Position numbers and translations under genes: made by a program. From NCBI GenBank assembly GCA_028534125.1, contig CM052847.1:19344001-19408000 (forward strand): 64,000 nucleotides of DNA. The letters are read 5' to 3'. This DNA comes from Lama glama (lineage: Eukaryota). The notes beneath the pieces were generated by a model that did no database searches, had not been told where the DNA came from, and saw only the letters and a list, made by a program, of their open reading frames with translations. This document shows positions 1 to 11,929 of the stretch, piece by piece; the stretch's first letter is position 1, and each line of letters begins with the position of its first letter.

Positions 1-1551
1 GGCCTGTGAAGAAGATACAGGCACCCTTCCCTCCTCTGGGACTGATGCTCACTGGCGTCTGGACGAGGAGGAGAGCCCCAAACTCGAAGACGCTGACTGG
101 GAGGCATGAGACGCGGAGAGCTCAGGTCAAAGGCGGCCTCCCAGGAGGGGTCTTTCTGTTTCCTTAAGTTTTGTTCAGAACAACACTCGTGGAGCCGGGA
201 GACAGTCCCGTCTTAGTTCTCAGACATCCAGCTGGTGTTATGACATAAATAAAATCCCCCAGTGCTCCTAGTCAGGGTGTGTTTGTCTTCTTTTAAGTTA
301 CTCTAGAAACTAAGATGGCTTGAAAATGGAGGCTCTGGTCTCTTCATCAACAAATAAAACACGTAAGCAGCACAAGGCTGGGAAGTAAGGGTGTTTTCAC
401 TCTGGAAACACTACATTTGAGGGGCCTCTGGTCCATCCAGGGGAACTTTGGGGCAGGTAACCGGGCAGCCCAGTCTGCATTTTGGGGGAGAGATCTGAAC
501 TGGAAATAAAGATCCGGAGTTGCAGTGGGCCAAGGGCAAGAAGAGAAAGAAAAAGTGATAGAAGAAAAACAGAAAGAATGATGGAGAAAAAAAGAATCAT
601 ATGAGAGTAATATCAAGAAAAACAAGGAACAGAGAGTTTCAAAAAGGACTTGGGGGGAGCAAGAGTCTCCAAACAGCAAGCAGATGGACGTTACAGACTA
701 CGGCAGGGTCCTGAGGAGCATTTAACCATCTTAGTGAGAAGCTTCAGGAAAGTTTACAGGGCAGAATGCAGTGAGTTTGGGAATAAAATTGGAAAAAAAA
801 ATTGGAAGAAAGTTTTAGAAAGAAAGAAAGAAAACAAGGAGTAGGTTTTGAGAAGTTAGAATGAGAAGAGGAAGTTACGTGGCCTTTCCCTCACTGAGGG
901 GAGGCTGGGAAGGTGAGCGGGTTTTGGGTGGCTGACCCAGAGGCCAAAGGGAAGATATGAGAACAGGGCTAATGTGGTTAGTCGGTCCCCAAGGGGACAT
1001 GTCCCTCAACCTCACGTGCCGAGACCCTGACGTCCACATTTGAAGAAGGCTGCGGCACATGGGTCCCCATCTCACAAGCACAAAGGCAGCAGCGGGAAGA
1101 AAGAGGAAACATCACACTGTGCCTCTGAAGTCTTTACCTAAGTATTTTAATATCACAGCCCCATAAAATGACAGGAAACAATAGAATGCAACGAATTTAC
1201 ACCTTCTATGTTGTTGTCAGTAATAATAAGAGTGTTTTCGTTAGGAGGCACATATCCCGTTTAAACACTAGAAGTGTGAGTAGTTTGATCTTTAGGGGAA
1301 ATTATAGTCAGATGGTATCCAAAAGGTTACCATGATACAGCTAAATTATCTCTGCCTGTCACCGGTTAAAGGACATTTAAATTCTGGAAGTTCGCATCAG
1401 CTTTTTCCAGATAACAAATCTTAAGTACCTTCCTATATTCACTCAATTAGTGATCCTGGGCCGCGATAACAGTGCAGAGAGAAACTTTCCAACTATCATT
1501 CAAATCATATCTAAAAAGGTGGTCATAAATATTTTAAACCCTAAGTGAACT

Positions 1552-1731
1552 NNNNNNNNNNNNNNNNNNNNNNNNNNNNNNNNNNNNNNNNNNNNNNNNN
1601 NNNNNNNNNNNNNNNNNNNNNNNNNNNNNNNNNNNNNNNNNNNNNNNNNNNNNNNNNNNNNNNNNNNNNNNNNNNNNNNNNNNNNNNNNNNNNNNNNNNN
1701 NNNNNNNNNNNNNNNNNNNNNNNNNNNNNNN
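1552..1731. other. Assembly gap (N run)
   Basis: Run of N. Confidence 0.99.
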
Positions 1732-2302
1732 TGGCATCCGTGTAAGTGCTGTAATTGTTTACAAGTAAGATGGAAAAGCTTTGATTATAATCTTTCCACT
1801 TGTTTTACTGTGTAGTAAAAGCACTTCCCAAAACCTGAAGCCAGTTTTTCTGACAGCAGACCCCCTTTTTTTTCTCTCTTGAACATCCTGCGTCTTTAGT
1901 GTTAATCAACAAGCTACCATGTGCCAGGGGGAGAAACTCAACGAGCAGATTTCATCATAACTTTAGGTCAGTAAGGATGAGAGTGTGGTAATGGTGATCA
2001 GGGTCTCCGGGTTCGGAGAAATCAGAAAAGGGATGAAGACCCGAATAAGAAAAATTTTAACTACCTGCTTCCTCTTGGAAATAGAACTGAGATATATGGG
2101 TTTGGGCTGGGGCTCCTCAATTTCTAAGCAGCACAAGGCAGCAAGAAGGAACATACACAACCCACAATTCTCGTTCTCACTGTTCAGCTGCTGGGAAATT
2201 TCATTAGTAATGTTACGTCTTTCCCTAGCATTAAAAATAAGTCATCTGCCATAAATTTTAAATATAGTCATTCTTAAGTTTTTAAATTTTTACTTACTTA
2301 CT

Positions 2303-2303
2303 T

Positions 2304-2358
<55 letters not shown>

Positions 2359-2361
2359 TTT
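2303..2361. repeat. (TTTA)n microsatellite
   Basis: About 14 perfect units. Confidence 0.95.
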
Positions 2362-2672
2362 GGTCACCGTTCTTGTTATTTCGTTTCTAATATAAGCAAA
2401 ATACCTATGAAATGTTTCAGGACCAAGGGCAAGTTAACCAGGGCAAAACAAAGAAAACTATCAACACTTTTCAATTAAAAAAAAATCAAAGCGGACATTT
2501 TTATTGGGAGGGAAACAAATTAAGAATAGGAGAACAAAAGGCCTTCCAAGTCTGACAGGATGATGGTCTGAAATGTTCTTGAACTTTACTTCTAGAAGAC
2601 TATTTTGTTTTAAACCAACAAGCTTACTTGCTCTGCATGCTTTTATAAAACTATGAATTTGACTGCTTTTCT

Positions 2673-2730
2673 AAATAAAATAAAATAAAATAAAATAAAA
2701 TAAAATAACATAACATAAAATAAAATAAAA
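2673..2730. repeat. (AAAAT)n microsatellite
   Basis: Pentamer array with two variant units. Confidence 0.93.
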
Positions 2731-2789
2731 ACGTATCAATTGTTTTCGCCTGCCCTGCATCCCTGATCCTGGTAAGAGAGCCCCCCCCC

Positions 2790-3110
2790 CCCCTTTCCTT
2801 CTGGAACCTACCACTTCCCTCCCTGAGAGAGCCATCTCCTGTACCACTGGGGTGGGTGAACCTGGCGAGGTTCCTGGATGGGGACTGGCATGGATGCCGT
2901 GAAAGCGGGCTTCAGTATCAGTCAAGAGCAACTTGGACCATCTTTGCCACCACACAGAGGCAAGATGGAGAAAAAGAAAGTGAGCTGAGTCTTAATGATG
3001 CTTTTTGAACCCTGGATACAGCCTCACCTGAAATCAAATAAACTCCTTTTGCTTCTCTGAGCTAGTTTGATTGGGGTTTCTGCTACTTGCAGCCAAGAGT
3101 CTTGACGAAC
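2790..3110 (+). mobile_element. MLT1 (MaLR) LTR fragment
   Basis: ccatctttgccacc...tttgaaccctggatacagcc...gctagtttgattggggtttctgctacttgcagccaagagtc is a typical MLT1 3' end. Confidence 0.65.
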
Positions 3111-3571
3111 ATAAAACGAAAGTAAGAGCGTTTCAACCAGAGAAGAGAAGACTTTACAGCATCATCTTCACTGAGTGTGTTTCTATGCTGTACCCTTGGA
3201 TTAGGGGTTGGTGTAAGAAACAGTCAAATAAAAAACACCTTTTATCTGCTGTAAAAGCTGCTATGGAAGACACTGTTCATCTGGTTCCTTATGGAAATAA
3301 AATTTCAAATTTAGTGTCTTGAAAAACTTTGTCTCTCTTGAGAAACTAAGAGGTACCTTCCTTTTTAAAAACGCATTTCACTTTTTGCCCCTGTTACTAG
3401 GAGGTCGTGATCATATTTGACATGCAATCATTTGCTTTTTTCCCTTGTCCTTGGTCTTAGTTTACCATCTCTATTTTCTAGAAATTTATGCTCTCTCTTT
3501 AAGTCACCCTAAATTTGTTCAGACTGGAGAAAAGTTACACGTGAATAAAAAACATTTTAAGTATAGAAAGA

Positions 3572-3673
3572 GAGGGGAGGATACAGCTCAAGTGGTAGAG
3601 CGCATGCTTAGCATACACAAGGTCCTGGGTTCAATCCCCAGTGTCTCCTCTAAAAATCAACAAACATGTAAAC
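3572..3673 (+). mobile_element. tRNA-derived SINE (camelid Vic-1-like)
   Basis: ggggaggatacagctcaagtggtagagcgcatgcttagcat...ctgggttcaatcccc with A and B boxes. 15-bp target-site duplication (TSD) ttaagtatagaaaga at 3557-3571 and 3674-3688. Confidence 0.9.
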
Positions 3674-3946
3674 TTAAGTATAGAAAGAAAAATGCAGAAA
3701 GTGAGATAAAACCGTTTGCTATTATTTTTCTAAAGAACTTGTCACTAAAACACCACTATACATGTTTACCTATTAAATCTCTTTCAGTTAAATCTGGCTA
3801 CATAAAAATATAAAATGTTTACTTTCTTTAAAAATACTTTAAATGGTTATTTTTTGTGATTGTCCACGGTTATTCTCTACTTCTGGTCGTGCTGTCAAAA
3901 ATGTGTTAATCAGAAAAGTTTAGAACACAAAAAAGACAACAAATAT

Positions 3947-4058
3947 CTATGCATATATATGTGTGTGTATGTATGTATACATATAATTTCAAAACTACTT
4001 GTATATACTGTATATATATGTGTATATATATAAATACACACACATATACAGTATATAT
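3947..4058. repeat. Compound (TA/TG/CA)n low-complexity tract
   Basis: Alternating purine-pyrimidine dinucleotides. Confidence 0.8.
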
Positions 4059-4489
4059 AAGTAATTTAGAAATTACGACTATTACGAAGCCTCCTCCCAG
4101 GCATAAGCTAGATTCTGTAAATTGCAACAAAAAAATCGAATTACTTACACAAAAAGAAAAGCATCAAATTTTGAGCACCTCTGCTAAGAGACTTCTGATT
4201 ATTGAAAGAATATCCTGAATTGTAAGGAATCTGACAATACTCACGGCTGTGGTGACAAGATGTCAGCAGAAAGAAAACTAATTTCCAGGAGTAACGTGGT
4301 CACCGAAAAATATCCCAGCATAATTTGCATATTTGGGGAAGAGGGTTACATTTGTAAAAAGAGAGCATCCATCATGACGTCTCAGCCAAAAGAAAATTTA
4401 CAATTATTAATGACGATATTGCATTCATGAAAGGCGTCACAAATGAGTCTGTGTCACGTGATCAAATACGGCATTAGACGTTGACTGCA

Positions 4490-5130
4490 AACGGACTGCG
4501 CGCTACCGGATATGCGGAGGGCGTGGATCCCCCCGGCTCTGGGGAGCTCACCGAGGAGGGCAGCTCACGGCTGCTCGCGCACAGCGACCCCCCGGCCACG
4601 GCAGCACAGCCACCGCGCCCGCGCGCGCGCCACCGAACAGGCGGGCAAGCAGCGGCGCCTCGTCCCGGGGCCCCGGCGGCGCGCGGCGTCAGCGCGACAC
4701 CCGGGAGCCGCGAGGGGCAAGGGCGCTCAGGCCCCCGACAACCGCCATTATTCGCCCCCGAGTCTTTGCCTACACTTACCTTTTCTCTTAATGCCTCACC
4801 AATACTTAAAATTATCTTTTTTAATGAGAAGCTCCTTTAATGGAATTTCGAGCTTCAGAGAGAGAAGCGCACACCGACACGGACACGAGAGGCAGCCCCG
4901 CTCTGCCGCGTGCCCCCTGCCGGCGCCACCGAGGAGAGCCCCTCGCGCCACTCTGCTCTGTCTTCTTGGTGGAAACGAAAGCGTGGACGAATGCCCGCAG
5001 TCGGCCCAGTTCTCCTGCGCTTGCTCAAAGCCAACTGGGTAACAGTCGCCCGGCGGCTGGCCCGGGCAGACCCTGACTGCGGGGCCAGGCCCAGCCGCTC
5101 CGCAGGCAAACCAGCCCACACACTCAGCGT
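4490..5130. promoter_or_regulatory. Intronic CpG-island-like region
   Basis: Dense CG dinucleotides (e.g. gcgcgcgcgc, cggcggcgcgcggcg) in an AT-rich background, with an AT-rich core at about 4770-4850. Confidence 0.75.
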
Positions 5131-6876
5131 TGACGCTGTAACTGCACGGTCAGTCTTAGTTTCATCCTCAACACAGACGAAGGGAAACTCTGGACATGCA
5201 TTACTGGGAGCCCAGTAAAAGGAATCTGAGGCCCTTGTGAAGGCACCCTGAATTTTAACACTATCGGAAGGCGGTACTGGCCTCACCACAGGCCCCTGAG
5301 AACAGTTTCCAGGCACGACAAATCGGGGGGGGGGGGGGGGAAGGGGGGGACAAGCCCCTCTGTCTGGCTTCACGGAACAATCATAGTGAATAGAGGAAAT
5401 AATCTAACCTCAAAGTACTTTCCAGGATCAAGGGCCAAAGACATAATTTCTTTATATAAGATCAGAAACTAAATATTGTCCTAGAGATCTTCCACCGAGA
5501 GGGTATAATTTGAACCCTGTAAAGTCTTTTCTTTTTCCTGTAATTTCAAGACTCCATTCCCTCCCTGTTCTTTAGCCATAAACCACCCCCTCCCCCAGAC
5601 TATTCAAACTCCCCTTGTTGAATCCTGGTCTCCTCATTAATTCCGCTTCAAAAGAGTGTCCCTGCACCCCCAGGTGCACGCAGACTAAGCCAAGGCACGT
5701 TTGTGTGAATACACGGTCTCTTTTCCAGCATTATTGCCAAGCAACAAGCCACGTATCCTTATGCCACAACAATAAAACCTTACTTACTCTTACTTAGTTT
5801 CACATAATTTTCATGTGTCACACAGTATTACTATTCTTAATTTTTTCCAACCATTCCTGGCTCCTGAGTCATAAAAAAACAGACAGTGGGAGGGACTGGC
5901 CCATGGCCTTAATTTATTGACCTCTGATTTAGATTTAAAACAAGAACACCCCTTGACTGATTAAGTCATATTTTATATAAAATCCTATTGCTATGTGACC
6001 TGGGCCTCTTTTTCTCTCTCTTTTTAAATTTAAAATGTTATGTTTTTCTCTTAATTTATTACACTTAATTCATTGCAAGTATTTCCTTGTGTCTGACTTC
6101 GGTCAAATGATTAATTATTCACCTGATAAGGGAGCTATTTACCTAAATATTGAAGAGTTTACATGTTGTATAATGTTCTACTCTCAAGGACAACTTGTCT
6201 AGAATGTCTGGGTGTTATAATTTTCTTAATACTGGACATTTTATTCCAGAATCATAGGACCTATTTCTCACAGCTTCCAATATCTTAGGTATATGAGTGA
6301 TTTATTGAGACCAAAAAAAAAAAAAAAAAGTTGGCAGAATAACTGAAACATGCTTAGGGGCAGATGAGATGAATATTACTGTCAATGCCTTTGTGCTAAC
6401 CGTATTTCTCTAAAGGAGTAAGCAAGCCAAACTTGTGCATGAAAGTAAAGACTGAGTAATGGTGAGTTATGAGAAAACTGGAATAAATATGAATGGGTAG
6501 GAGAAGAGTATTTGTGGAATGATAAATAAGGACATCTTCCCCTTAGAGAAATGAGCCCAGACAGAGGATTTCCAAGGAGCTGGTATATGTAGTTACTTCG
6601 GTTGGGGCTCTTTGCTGAGCAGCCCTCTGTCCTCTATTGGTTGACGCGTACGGATATCATTCAAATTTTTGTAGGTAAAACAGAGGGCACCAGCCACCAG
6701 TATTTGGTTTACAAGGAGCTGAATCTACAGTATTTTTGTTCTATTTTCTAAGCTTGTCAGCAATACCACGACCTACTGTCTGGGTTTCCACTGGCACAAC
6801 CAGAAAGAGTCATGTGGAAATTATGCAGATATTTAGGTAAGAAAAGTATGAACTATCTGGGTTTTCTTCTTTCAAT

Positions 6877-7011
6877 TTTCATTTTTTAAAAAGAGAGAGT
6901 GTGAGAGTGTGTGTGTGTGTACTTTTTAATGGAGGTACTGGGGATTGAACCCAGGACCTCGTGCATGCTAAGCAAAGGCTCTACCACTAAGCTATACCCC
7001 CTCTCCTTCCC
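6877..7011 (-). mobile_element. tRNA-derived SINE (Vic-1-like) with (CA)n-containing tail
   Basis: Reverse complement of the same SINE head. 12-bp TSD tcttctttcaat at 6865-6876 and 7012-7023. Confidence 0.88.
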
Positions 7012-7657
7012 TCTTCTTTCAATCTTCAGAAGAATATGCCTTCTCTTAGGAGACCACATTTGCCCCTGTGCTGCCATTCATCAGAACAACACTGGAGTTT
7101 TTCGTTGTATTACATCTGGAACTAACAGACGCAGCAGCTGCACAGAACACACACCACACACACACGCTAAGATGGAATGAACCGTGAGAACACAAAGCAG
7201 ACTTCCTGTTGTCTCCTCTACCTACTAAATAAATACGTTCATGGCTCCCACTTCCATTTTTATGGCTGAAAACTGAATGGAAGTTAAATGCCTTGTAAGC
7301 CTATTTTCTACACACTATTTGATTGTTTGCAATGTAAACTAATCCATTTTCAGGCTTGCTGGTAAAAAATAAGGTTGTAAACTTGTACTTTGAGCTTGTA
7401 CAATTCATTTCAATGATGTATAGTATGATTTTAGAAGAATGATTTTCAACGTGCTTCACACAAGCACAGTCAATGTTTCACCCCCTTACTAGGATCACAT
7501 AAGAACACACAGGCCTTAATTTGCACCCAAAAAGTGACTAAAACAGACACAGCCATTTCTGAAGAAGGGGGGGCTGATACTGTGATTCCATGAAAATTAA
7601 GAAAGTAAACAGCAAACATGGGGTTTGCATTTCCAGTTCTCCCTTAAAAAAAAAAAA

Positions 7658-7785
7658 GCACTACTTACAATAGCCAAGACATGGAAGTAACTCAAACGTC
7701 CACTGACAGATGAATGAAAAAAGATGTGGTGTACTGTGACCTGACTACACGTCGATTAAAAAGAAGATCTGAGATATACATATAT

Positions 7786-7821
<36 letters not shown>

Positions 7822-8324
7822 GAAATACTACTCAACCATGAAAAAGAACGAAATAATGTCATCTGCAGCAACATGGGTGGATCTAGAGATTATCATACTA
7901 TGCAAAGTAGGTCAGAGAAAGACAAATATCATATCACTTATATGTGGGATCTAGAAACAAAAATGATAAAAAACGAACTTACTTACAAACGAGAAACAGA
8001 CACACCGACATAGAAAACAAACTGTGGTTACCAAAGGGGAAAGGGGTGATGGGGGAGGGATAAATAAGGAGTTTGGGACTAACATATACACACTAATATA
8101 TATATAAAACAGATAAAAAACAAGGCCCTACTGTAGAGCACAGGGAACTATATTCAGTATTTTGCAATAACCTATAATGGAAACGAATCTGAAAAAGCAT
8201 ATAAATTGTATAACTGAATCACCGTATTGTACACCTGTGAGTGAAACTAACACAACATTGTAACTCAACTATATTTCAATGAAATTAAAAAACAAAAATC
8301 TGTTAAGGCCAAAAAAAAAAAAAA
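7658..8324 (+). mobile_element. 5'-truncated LINE-1 3' end (artiodactyl type) with internal (CA)n and poly(A)
   Basis: Typical L1 ORF2-end and 3'UTR sequence (acaatagccaagacatggaa, tgcagcaacatgg, tagagcacagggaactatattcag) with an A-tail. Confidence 0.9.
7788..7818. repeat. (CA)n microsatellite
   Basis: About 15 units inside the L1 fragment. Confidence 0.95.
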
Positions 8325-8844
8325 GCAGATAATTAAGACTTCAGTTGTTACTACTACATACTGTTCACCAAGCCTTTGGCAGTATCTGTGTTTTTAAGTA
8401 CAGAATAAAGCCATGTGTCACTGGAGCAAGGGGAGAGTCTTCGTTCTTTGTCCTGGTGACAGAGAACACACTTGAGAAGGTTTTACATTACATCCGCCTG
8501 GTGTAATGTGGCAGTTGGTCCATTCAATTCATAGTTTCTTGTTTTAAAGATAACTAGGGCCTTACAAACTATGCAGAAACAATGTCTCATGCTAGTCTTT
8601 AAAAAAGAGAAAAAGAGTAAGAAAAAAAACACAAAAAACAAGGATCCTATATGTTAAATGAAGGAATGAGCACTTGCTCTGAAAAGGAAGTAACAAAAAT
8701 TTGAAAATGAAGACGCCTCAGAGTAAAACTTGGGCCCCACGTGCTCACCCAGGGAAAGGTCTGTGGACTTCCACATCCATCAGGAAAGAGCAGAGGAGGT
8801 TAAGTGCCACCAACTTCACTCTAGAAGGAAACGTTTGTACTTAC

Positions 8845-8927
8845 ATCTTGTCTTGGCCAGCTCCAACTCTGAGTGTCAATCTGGGGATAACTGGGCTCGG
8901 GGCTGGGACCACTGGCTCCACTTTTAT
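8845..8927 (-). CDS. TAF3: TAF3 83-nt coding exon (human exon 4 equivalent)
   Basis: Minus strand reads ttcaacag|ATA AAA GTG GAG CCA GTG GTC CCA GCC CCG AGC CCA GTT ATC CCC AGA TTG ACA CTC AGA GTT GGA GCT GGC CAA GAC AAG AT|gtaagt = IKVEPVVPAPSPVIPRLTLRVGAGQDK(I). In frame with the upstream exon and matches the TAF3 sequence after HKHEK. Confidence 0.95.
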
Positions 8928-9680
8928 CTGTTGAAGTTATTACATTACAGTCAGATACACTTTTCTCAATAAAAGTACCCCCTCCCTTTCCTCCTCCTTT
9001 CTCTACAAACTCAACAAGCTTTTAAGTTTCAAATGTGGTTACCAGGCTGTATGCAGGGATAAGCTGGGCTATTCTGTTCTTGTTTCTCAACAACCGAAGG
9101 CCTCCTGCATCGTGAGAAATTCCCCAAACTTTAACCACTTTAATAAATATGGGAGTTTTTCTGTGTTTTCTTAGTTCTGATTAATTCCTTGGATTTTATT
9201 GTTGGAATTTTTAAACAAAAATTACTACCTAGGTCATTCGGTGGGAACATTTAAGTAATTGCCAGACTTAACATACACAGAAAACAATGCAGTGATATCT
9301 TCACTACGAGATAAATATATCTGTTTATGGGTCTTAACAACATTAAGCTCCTCTTCAGTTTACATTGTCATATAAGGAGTTGACACACGAAATGTAATTC
9401 CAGCATTAAACTGTTCCATTTTTTTGGCTAGTAGAAAAAATGATCTGAAATACTGTAAAAGAAAAAACATTTTTTTAAAGAAAGGACTGATGGTGGAGGC
9501 CATGAACACTGAATAAGGTGACAATCTCACAAATCTCTGAGCTAATAACCAGAAAGGGAATATACCACGAAAGCATGATGTTAAAAGGGTTCTTCACAAT
9601 TTTCTGGCTTGAAGATCCTCGACAGTACAATCAATATTTTGAATGAACAAAAGCTCTGTCATTCAAATTATTCTCTACAT

Positions 9681-9826
9681 CAGGTTTTCCACAGGGGTTT
9701 TATTGGCATTTTTGGAGGGACAGTTCTTTGTTGAATGTGACTGTCCCAGGCACTGCCAGATGGATGACATCCCTGGTCTCAGGGTATTACTCTATGCCAG
9801 CAGGATTCCTCTAGTCACTGTGACAG
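9681..9826. mobile_element. MER20-like hAT relic
   Basis: tattggcattttggagggacagttctttgttg...actgtcccaggcactg...catccctgg. Confidence 0.6.
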
Positions 9827-10599
9827 CTAGTGCAAACTACTAATTTATATATTTCAAGCTCAACAATTAAATCATAATGGAATACAGCAGTGGTTCTCAG
9901 GGGGAATAAATTTATAACATAATGCTCAGTATTATTACATCGTGTAATTAATATATTGCACATTGATTAAATCTATTATTTTTTCATGTGTTTTCACCTG
10001 TCCCCTTCTTGAATTTTTTTTAACCCACTGTCACACCAATATCCATGACTTCGATCACTCTCTCGAACAGGAGGTACTCAGCCAACATCTGCTGAATAAA
10101 CCACTCACTTATCTTGTAAGCCTCTCGGTCATTTCACCCTTTGTCCAGGATCAATCTAAAACCAGCCTCCGGAGCGCTGAGCCATTCCAAGGAAAATTTT
10201 AAAACCACCAAACCTCTGCCATCAAAAGTCCAACGTCATCTCTGCCGTCAGGACCCTGTCTGGATTACCACCAGCCAGACTAAAGAGAGCAGGCACTGTT
10301 CCGTCTCTTGCTGTTTCCCAGTGCCTATCACAGGGTCTGACACACTAAGTGCTTACGATACATTTTAGAAATTCATCGGAAGCAATGATTTCAAACGTCT
10401 ACATCTTGGAAGACCCAGCCCATGATTTCCTTTCCTCTTTTGCTCTTCAAACTCCACAGGAAAAAAGCATTGAGGCTACTAGCCAGCCAATACCTTCCAC
10501 CCTTACGACCTCTCTGCACCACAGTTAGACTTGAGTCCCTCTCCAGCCTTCTAGAGAAACTTCCTCCTTATTTGTAGCAGCTTCAACTTCTCAGTTCCA

Positions 10600-11150
10600 T
10601 TCATTACTGTCATCTAGCTTTCAAATGTGCTCAACTCCATCTTTAAAAAAAAAATCACCTCCCCTTCTACCTCTGGAGGACCACCTCTCACATTCGCTCG
10701 TCTGCACCTCTGTCTCATTTATCGTTCATTCCTCAACCAACTCCAATCTGTCCTCTGGCCCAACCAGGCCACTCAACCTACTCTTTCTGGACACTAATTA
10801 CTTCCTGATGTCCCAGTCTGTCCCACTGAGGTCTGAATCATGCTCCTTCTCGGTCCTGAACAGGGGCCTCTTCTTCGCCTGGCCTTACATGGCCCTCCAG
10901 TCTCATCATCACCCACTTTCTTCAGCGATCTCATCCACGCCCACGGTTTCCGTCGTGACTTTTAAATACACCGTGTCTTCAGAGTCTCCCCTTCTAGGAT
11001 AGCACTGATTAGAACTCAGACCAAAACATTAGGCTGCCTACTGAACATTTTCAATGAAACATCCTGTAAGTACTTCATCTCATCTAAACCGTAACTTACC
11101 AACTTCCCCACAAAAACCTGCTCCTCTAAATGGTCTCCCTTTGGGCAGAT
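10600..11150 (+). mobile_element. LINE-2 relic
   Basis: Pyrimidine-rich L2-like sequence (ctgcctactgaacattt...atcctgtaagtacttcatctca...aaacctgctcctc). Confidence 0.55.
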
Positions 11151-11178
11151 GTCTCCTTCGTTGGCCCAATTCTTAGTC

Positions 11179-11317
11179 CAGTGGTTTTCCTTAAGGCCTT
11201 GGGGGTCAAGGGTCCCTTGGGTGGGGGCACAGCAAGACTCATGGGAACCTTTTGTGTTCACTTTCTCTTTCTTTTTAAACACAGGGTTCCATATCTAAAC
11301 AAATCTGAAAACCAGTG
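11179..11317. mobile_element. Small hAT-Charlie MITE
   Basis: Inverted termini cagtggttttc ... gaaaaccagtg (one mismatch). Confidence 0.55.
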
Positions 11318-11929
11318 GTCCAGTCTATTTTGTAAACTATTAAGGCTTCTATATATTTTTCTCACCTTTCTGTGTTATCTATGAGGAAAATAAACAAAAG
11401 TATCCCGAACAAACAAACATTTATAAAACACTTAATGTTTGCCAGGCACCAAGTCTGGTTATTTTTCAGATCCTCTCACTGAGGTTTTTTCTAACAAACA
11501 TGTAGGGCAGGCAAGGTGGTTTCCATCCTACAGGGAAACTGACCATACATGAAGCAACCATTTTTCTTTTCTTTTCTGTTTCCTTTTCCTTTTCTGCTTT
11601 AAGGTCACAAAAATAGCAAAACTAGGATTCAATACAGTTTTGCTTTCATTCAGAGAATGAAAAATTACATAAAGTTCCTACATTTCTTCAATTCTAAAAA
11701 AATTTGGGGTCACACACTCCTAAGTGATGAGGTATTGGGAGTAACAGTCCATACTCCTTCAACCCACAATACTATTACTGAATTATACTTAAAGAACCCT
11801 TTCTTAAGCTTTATTTAAAAATAAAGCTGTTTGCCCTACCTTTAAAAAAAAATACTTCTTTACTATTCTTATGCTTCACATTGTATTTTGGTCCATTTTT
11901 ATTGCCATGCTACACAATAATTATAACTC

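Larger units (their letters stand above)
1..8844 (-). other. TAF3: TAF3 intron 4 (partial; PHD-finger exons lie beyond the left edge)
   Basis: Begins at donor GT 8843-8844. No sequence encoding the next TAF3 peptide (VISKVV...) or the PHD finger found in 1-8844. Confidence 0.85.

Noticed and set aside
3574-3648. tRNA-like sequences (also 6930-7000, 30184, 32044, 34337, 43100)
   Set aside because: Have TSDs or A-rich tails and degenerate stems, so they are SINE copies rather than tRNA genes.
4481-5373. Six overlapping ORFs of 78-176 aa
   Set aside because: Expected in CpG-island DNA; Arg/Pro/Ala-rich and without homology. Not TAF3 exon 5.
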